From a virus (taxonomy: Duplodnaviria; Heunggongvirae; Uroviricota; Caudoviricetes): DNA of 21,466 nt. A program made the translations under genes and the position numbers. Shown one piece after another: positions 18,353-21,466 of the stretch. The DNA is taken from the IMG/VR virus record IMGVR_UViG_2703718792_000016, positions 1-21,466 of that record. One strand, given 5' to 3'. The notes beneath the pieces were generated by a model, which saw only the letters and a program-made list of their open reading frames with translations, was not told the origin of the DNA and searched no databases. The first letter of the stretch is position 1. The number at the start of each line of letters is the position of its first letter.

Positions 18353-19672
18353 GTGACAGCAGAGCTGCGTAATCTCCCGCATATTGCCAGTATGGCCTTT
18401 AATGAGCCGCTGATGCTTGAACCCGCCTATGCGCGGGTTTTCTTTTGTGCGCTTGCAGGCCAGCTTGGGATCAGCCGCCTGACGGATGCGGTATCCGGCG
18501 ACAGCCTGACTGCCGGAGAGGCACCCGCGGCGCTGGCGTTATCCGGTGATGATGACGGACCACGACAGGCCCGCAGTTATCAGGTCATGAACGGCATCGC
18601 CGTGCTGCCGGTGTCCGGCACGCTGGTCAGTCGGACGCGGGCGCTGCAGCCGTATTCGGGGATGACCGGTTACAACGGCATTATCGCCCGTCTGCAACAG
18701 GCTGCCAGCGACCCGATGGTGGACGGCATTCTGCTCGATATGGATACGCCAGGCGGGATGGTGGCAGGGGCATTTGACTGCGCTGACATCATCGCCCGTG
18801 TGCGTGACATAAAGCCGGTATGGGCGCTGGCCAACGACATGAACTGCAGTGCAGGTCAGTTGCTTGCCAGCGCCGCCTCCCGGCGTCTGGTCACGCAGAC
18901 CGCCCGGACAGGCTCCATCGGCGTCATGATGGCTCACAGTAATTACGGTGCTGCGCTGGAGAAACAGGGCGTGGAAATCACGCTGATTTACAGCGGCAGC
19001 CATAAGGTGGATGGCAACCCCTACAGCCATCTACCGGATGATGTCCGGGAAACACTGCAGTCCCGGATGGATGCAACCCGCCGGATGTTTGCACAGAAGG
19101 TGTCGGCATATACCGGCCTGTCCGTGCAGGCTGTGCTGGATACCGAGGCTGCAGTGTACAGCGGTCAGGAGGCCATTGATGCCGGACTGGCTGATGAACT
19201 TGTTAACAGTACCGATGCGATCACCGTCATGCGTGATGCACTGGATGCACGTAAATCCCGTCTCTCAGGAGGGCGAATGACCAAAGAGACTCAATCAACA
19301 ACTGTTTCAGCCACTGCTTCGCAGGCTGACGTTACTGGCGTGGTGCAAGCGACGGAGGGCGAGCACGCCAGCGCTGCGCAGCCGGACGTGAACGCGCAGA
19401 TCACCGCAGCGGTTGCGGCAGAAAACAGTCGCATTATGGGGATCCTCAACTGTGAGGAGGCTCACGGACGCGAAGAACAGGCACGCGTGCTGGCCGAAAC
19501 CCCCGGTATGACCGTGGAAACGGCCCGCCGCATTCTGGCAGCTGCACCACAGAGTGCACAGGCGCGCAGTGACACTGCGCTGGATCGTCTGATGCAGGGG
19601 GCACCGGCACCGCTGGCTGCAGGTAACCCGGCATCTGATGCCGTTAACGATTTGCTGAACACACCAGTGTAA
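18353..19672 (+). CDS. C: prohead protease / scaffold protein C
   Basis: 439 aa from the GTG at 18353 (VTAELRNLPHIASMAFNEPLMLEPAYARVFF...); same coordinates relative to B as in lambda. The track ORF start at 18206 is an upstream over-extension. Confidence 0.9.
   Translation: MTAELRNLPHIASMAFNEPLMLEPAYARVFFCALAGQLGISRLTDAVSGDSLTAGEAPAALALSGDDDGPRQARSYQVMNGIAVLPVSGTLVSRTRALQPYSGMTGYNGIIARLQQAASDPMVDGILLDMDTPGGMVAGAFDCADIIARVRDIKPVWALANDMNCSAGQLLASAASRRLVTQTARTGSIGVMMAHSNYGAALEKQGVEITLIYSGSHKVDGNPYSHLPDDVRETLQSRMDATRRMFAQKVSAYTGLSVQAVLDTEAAVYSGQEAIDAGLADELVNSTDAITVMRDALDARKSRLSGGRMTKETQSTTVSATASQADVTGVVQATEGEHASAAQPDVNAQITAAVAAENSRIMGILNCEEAHGREEQARVLAETPGMTVETARRILAAAPQSAQARSDTALDRLMQGAPAPLAAGNPASDAVNDLLNTPV
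19067..19672 (+). CDS. nu3: scaffolding protein Nu3 (in-frame internal start within C)
   Basis: ATG at 19067 in the C frame gives a 201-aa product sharing the C stop; position corresponds to lambda Nu3. Confidence 0.65.
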   Translation: MDATRRMFAQKVSAYTGLSVQAVLDTEAAVYSGQEAIDAGLADELVNSTDAITVMRDALDARKSRLSGGRMTKETQSTTVSATASQADVTGVVQATEGEHASAAQPDVNAQITAAVAAENSRIMGILNCEEAHGREEQARVLAETPGMTVETARRILAAAPQSAQARSDTALDRLMQGAPAPLAAGNPASDAVNDLLNTPV

Positions 19673-19681
19673 GGGATGTTT

Positions 19682-20014
19682 ATGACGAGCAAAGAAACCT
19701 TTACCCATTACCAGCCGCTGGGCAACAGTGACCCGGCACATACGGCAACCGCGCCCGGCGGATTGAGTGCGAAAGCGCCTGCAATGACCCCGCTGATGCT
19801 GGATACCTCCACCCGTAAGCTGGTTGCGTGGGATGGCACCACCGACGGTGCTGCCGTTGGCATTCTGGCGGTTGATGCTGACCAGACCAGCACCACGCTG
19901 ACGTTCTACAAGTCCGGCACGTTCCGTTATGAGGATGTGCTCTGGCCGGGGGCTGCCAGCGACGAGACGAAAAAACGGACCGCGTTTGCCGGAACGGCAA
20001 TCAGCATCGTTTAA
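19682..20014 (+). CDS. D: head decoration protein D
   Basis: 110 aa [43 protein letters not shown]...; the track start at 19676 adds two codons not present in lambda. Confidence 0.9.
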   Translation: MTSKETFTHYQPLGNSDPAHTATAPGGLSAKAPAMTPLMLDTSTRKLVAWDGTTDGAAVGILAVDADQTSTTLTFYKSGTFRYEDVLWPGAASDETKKRTAFAGTAISIV

Positions 20015-20069
20015 CTTTACCCTTCATCACTAAAGGCTGCCTGTGCGGCTTTTTTTACGGGATTTTTTT

Positions 20070-21095
20070 ATGTCGATGTACACAACCGCCCAGCTGCTGG
20101 CGGCAAATGAGCAGAAATTTAAGTTTGATCCGCTGTTTCTGCGTCTCTTTTTCCGTGAGAGCTATCCCTTCACTACGGAGAAAGTCTATCTCTCACAAAT
20201 TCCGGGACTGGTAAACATGGCGCTGTACGTTTCGCCGATTGTTTCCGGTGAGGTTATCCGTTCCCGTGGCGGCTCCACCTCTGAATTTACGCCGGGATAT
20301 GTCAAACCCAAGCATGAAGTGAATCCGCAGATGACCCTGCGTCGCCTGCCGGATGAAGATCCGCAGAGTCTGGCGGACCCGGCTTACCGCCGCCGTCGCA
20401 TCATCATGCAGAACATGCGTGACGAAGAGCTGGCCATTGCTCAGGTCGAAGAGATGCAGGCAGTTTCTGCCGTGCTTAAGGGCAAATACACCATGACCGG
20501 TGAAGCCTTCGATCCGGTTGAGGTGGATATGGGCCGCAGTGCGGCGAACAATATCACGCAGTCCGGCGGCACGGAGTGGAGCAAGCGTGACAAGTCCACG
20601 TATGACCCGACCGACGATATCGAAGCCTACGCGCTGAACGCCAGCGGCGTGGTGAATATCATCGTGTTTGACCCGAAAGGCTGGGCGCTGTTCCGTTCCT
20701 TCAAAGCCGTCAGGGAGAAGCTGGATACCCGTCGCGGCTCTCATTCCGAGCTGGAGACAGCGGTAAAAGACCTGGGCGAAGCGGTGTCCTATAAGGGGAT
20801 GTATGGCGATACGGCGATCGTCGTGTATTCCGGACAGTACGTGGAAAACGACGTCAAAAAGAACTTCCTGCCGGACAACACGATGGTGCTGGGGAACACT
20901 CAGGCACGCGGTCTGCGCACCTATGGCTGCATTCAGGATGCGGACGCACAGCGCGAAGGTATTAACGCCTCTGCCCGCTACCCGAAAAACTGGGTGACCA
21001 CCGGCGATCCGGCGCGTGAGTTCACCATGATTCAGTCAGCACCGCTGATGCTGCTGGCTGACCCTGATGCGTTCGTGTCCGTACAACTGGCGTAA
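20070..21095 (+). CDS. E: major capsid protein E
   Basis: 341 aa from MSMYTTAQLLAANEQKFKFDPLFLRLFF...; the track ORF start at 20043 is an over-extension. Confidence 0.95.
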   Translation: MSMYTTAQLLAANEQKFKFDPLFLRLFFRESYPFTTEKVYLSQIPGLVNMALYVSPIVSGEVIRSRGGSTSEFTPGYVKPKHEVNPQMTLRRLPDEDPQSLADPAYRRRRIIMQNMRDEELAIAQVEEMQAVSAVLKGKYTMTGEAFDPVEVDMGRSAANNITQSGGTEWSKRDKSTYDPTDDIEAYALNASGVVNIIVFDPKGWALFRSFKAVREKLDTRRGSHSELETAVKDLGEAVSYKGMYGDTAIVVYSGQYVENDVKKNFLPDNTMVLGNTQARGLRTYGCIQDADAQREGINASARYPKNWVTTGDPAREFTMIQSAPLMLLADPDAFVSVQLA

Positions 21096-21136
21096 TCATG
21101 GCCCTTCGGGGCCATTTTCTCTCTGTGGAGGAGTCC

Positions 21137-21466
21137 ATGACGAAAGATGAACTGATTGCCCGTCTTCAGGTGCTGGGTGAGCAACTGAACCGTGATGTCA
21201 GCCTGACGGGGACGAAAGAAGAACTGGCACTCCGTGTGGCAGAGCTGGAAGAGGAGCTTGATGACACGGATGACGCTGCTGGTCAGGACACATCTGTCAG
21301 CCCGGAAAATGCGCTGACCGGACATGAAAATGAGGTTGTATCAGCGCAGCCGGATACCGTGACTGATACGGCTGATCTGGTCACGGTTGTGGCACTGGTG
21401 ACGCTGCATACTGATGCACTTCACGCCACGCGGGATGAGGCTGTGGCATTTGTGCTGCCGGGAACG
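21137..21466 (+). CDS. FI: DNA packaging protein FI (3' end cut by the window edge)
   Basis: MTKDELIARLQVLGEQLNRDVSLTGTKEELALRVAELEEELDD...; ORF runs off the end of the window. Confidence 0.85.
   Translation, partial: MTKDELIARLQVLGEQLNRDVSLTGTKEELALRVAELEEELDDTDDAAGQDTSVSPENALTGHENEVVSAQPDTVTDTADLVTVVALVTLHTDALHATRDEAVAFVLPGT

Noticed and set aside
18539-19741. Minus-strand ORFs of 163 aa and 144 aa (plus shorter ones) inside the C/Nu3 region
   Set aside because: Antisense to lambda-like C/Nu3; His/Arg/Cys-rich translations and no RBS.
20193-20744. 183-aa minus-strand ORF
   Set aside because: Antisense to the major capsid gene E.

Overview
This window is a contiguous piece of a mosaic lambdoid prophage from an Escherichia-like enterobacterium, read left to right in the phage's own gene order. 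It opens with small early-left genes on the minus strand, then an immunity switch (CI-like repressor divergent from Cro-like and YdaT/CII-like genes), then an O-like replication gene with iteron clusters inside it. A cargo island follows (LysR regulator, SRPBCC protein, a hokD/relF-type Hok toxin locus), then a nin-like block (DUF968 protein, RusA resolvase) and a putative Q antiterminator with a short promoter-terminator module. Four tightly packed tRNA genes come next, then an antisense YagU-like membrane-protein moron bracketed by intrinsic terminators, a phage-21-type lysis cassette (pinholin, SAR endolysin, Rz/Rz1), a PerC-family regulator moron, and a cos site. The window ends with a head module whose order, overlaps and protein sequences match phage lambda Nu1-A-W-B-C-Nu3-D-E-FI (FI is cut by the window edge). 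The most notable points are an in-frame TAG that truncates the portal gene B, a cohesive-end sequence that differs from lambda despite lambda-type terminase, helically phased GTCACG iterons, and several unusual cargo genes. All calls are from reading the sequence and recalled family knowledge; no database search was run. I did not find a clear novel defence system; the uncharacterised candidates are the LysR/SRPBCC pair, a 29-aa hydrophobic peptide gene and a 141-aa ORF after the replication gene.
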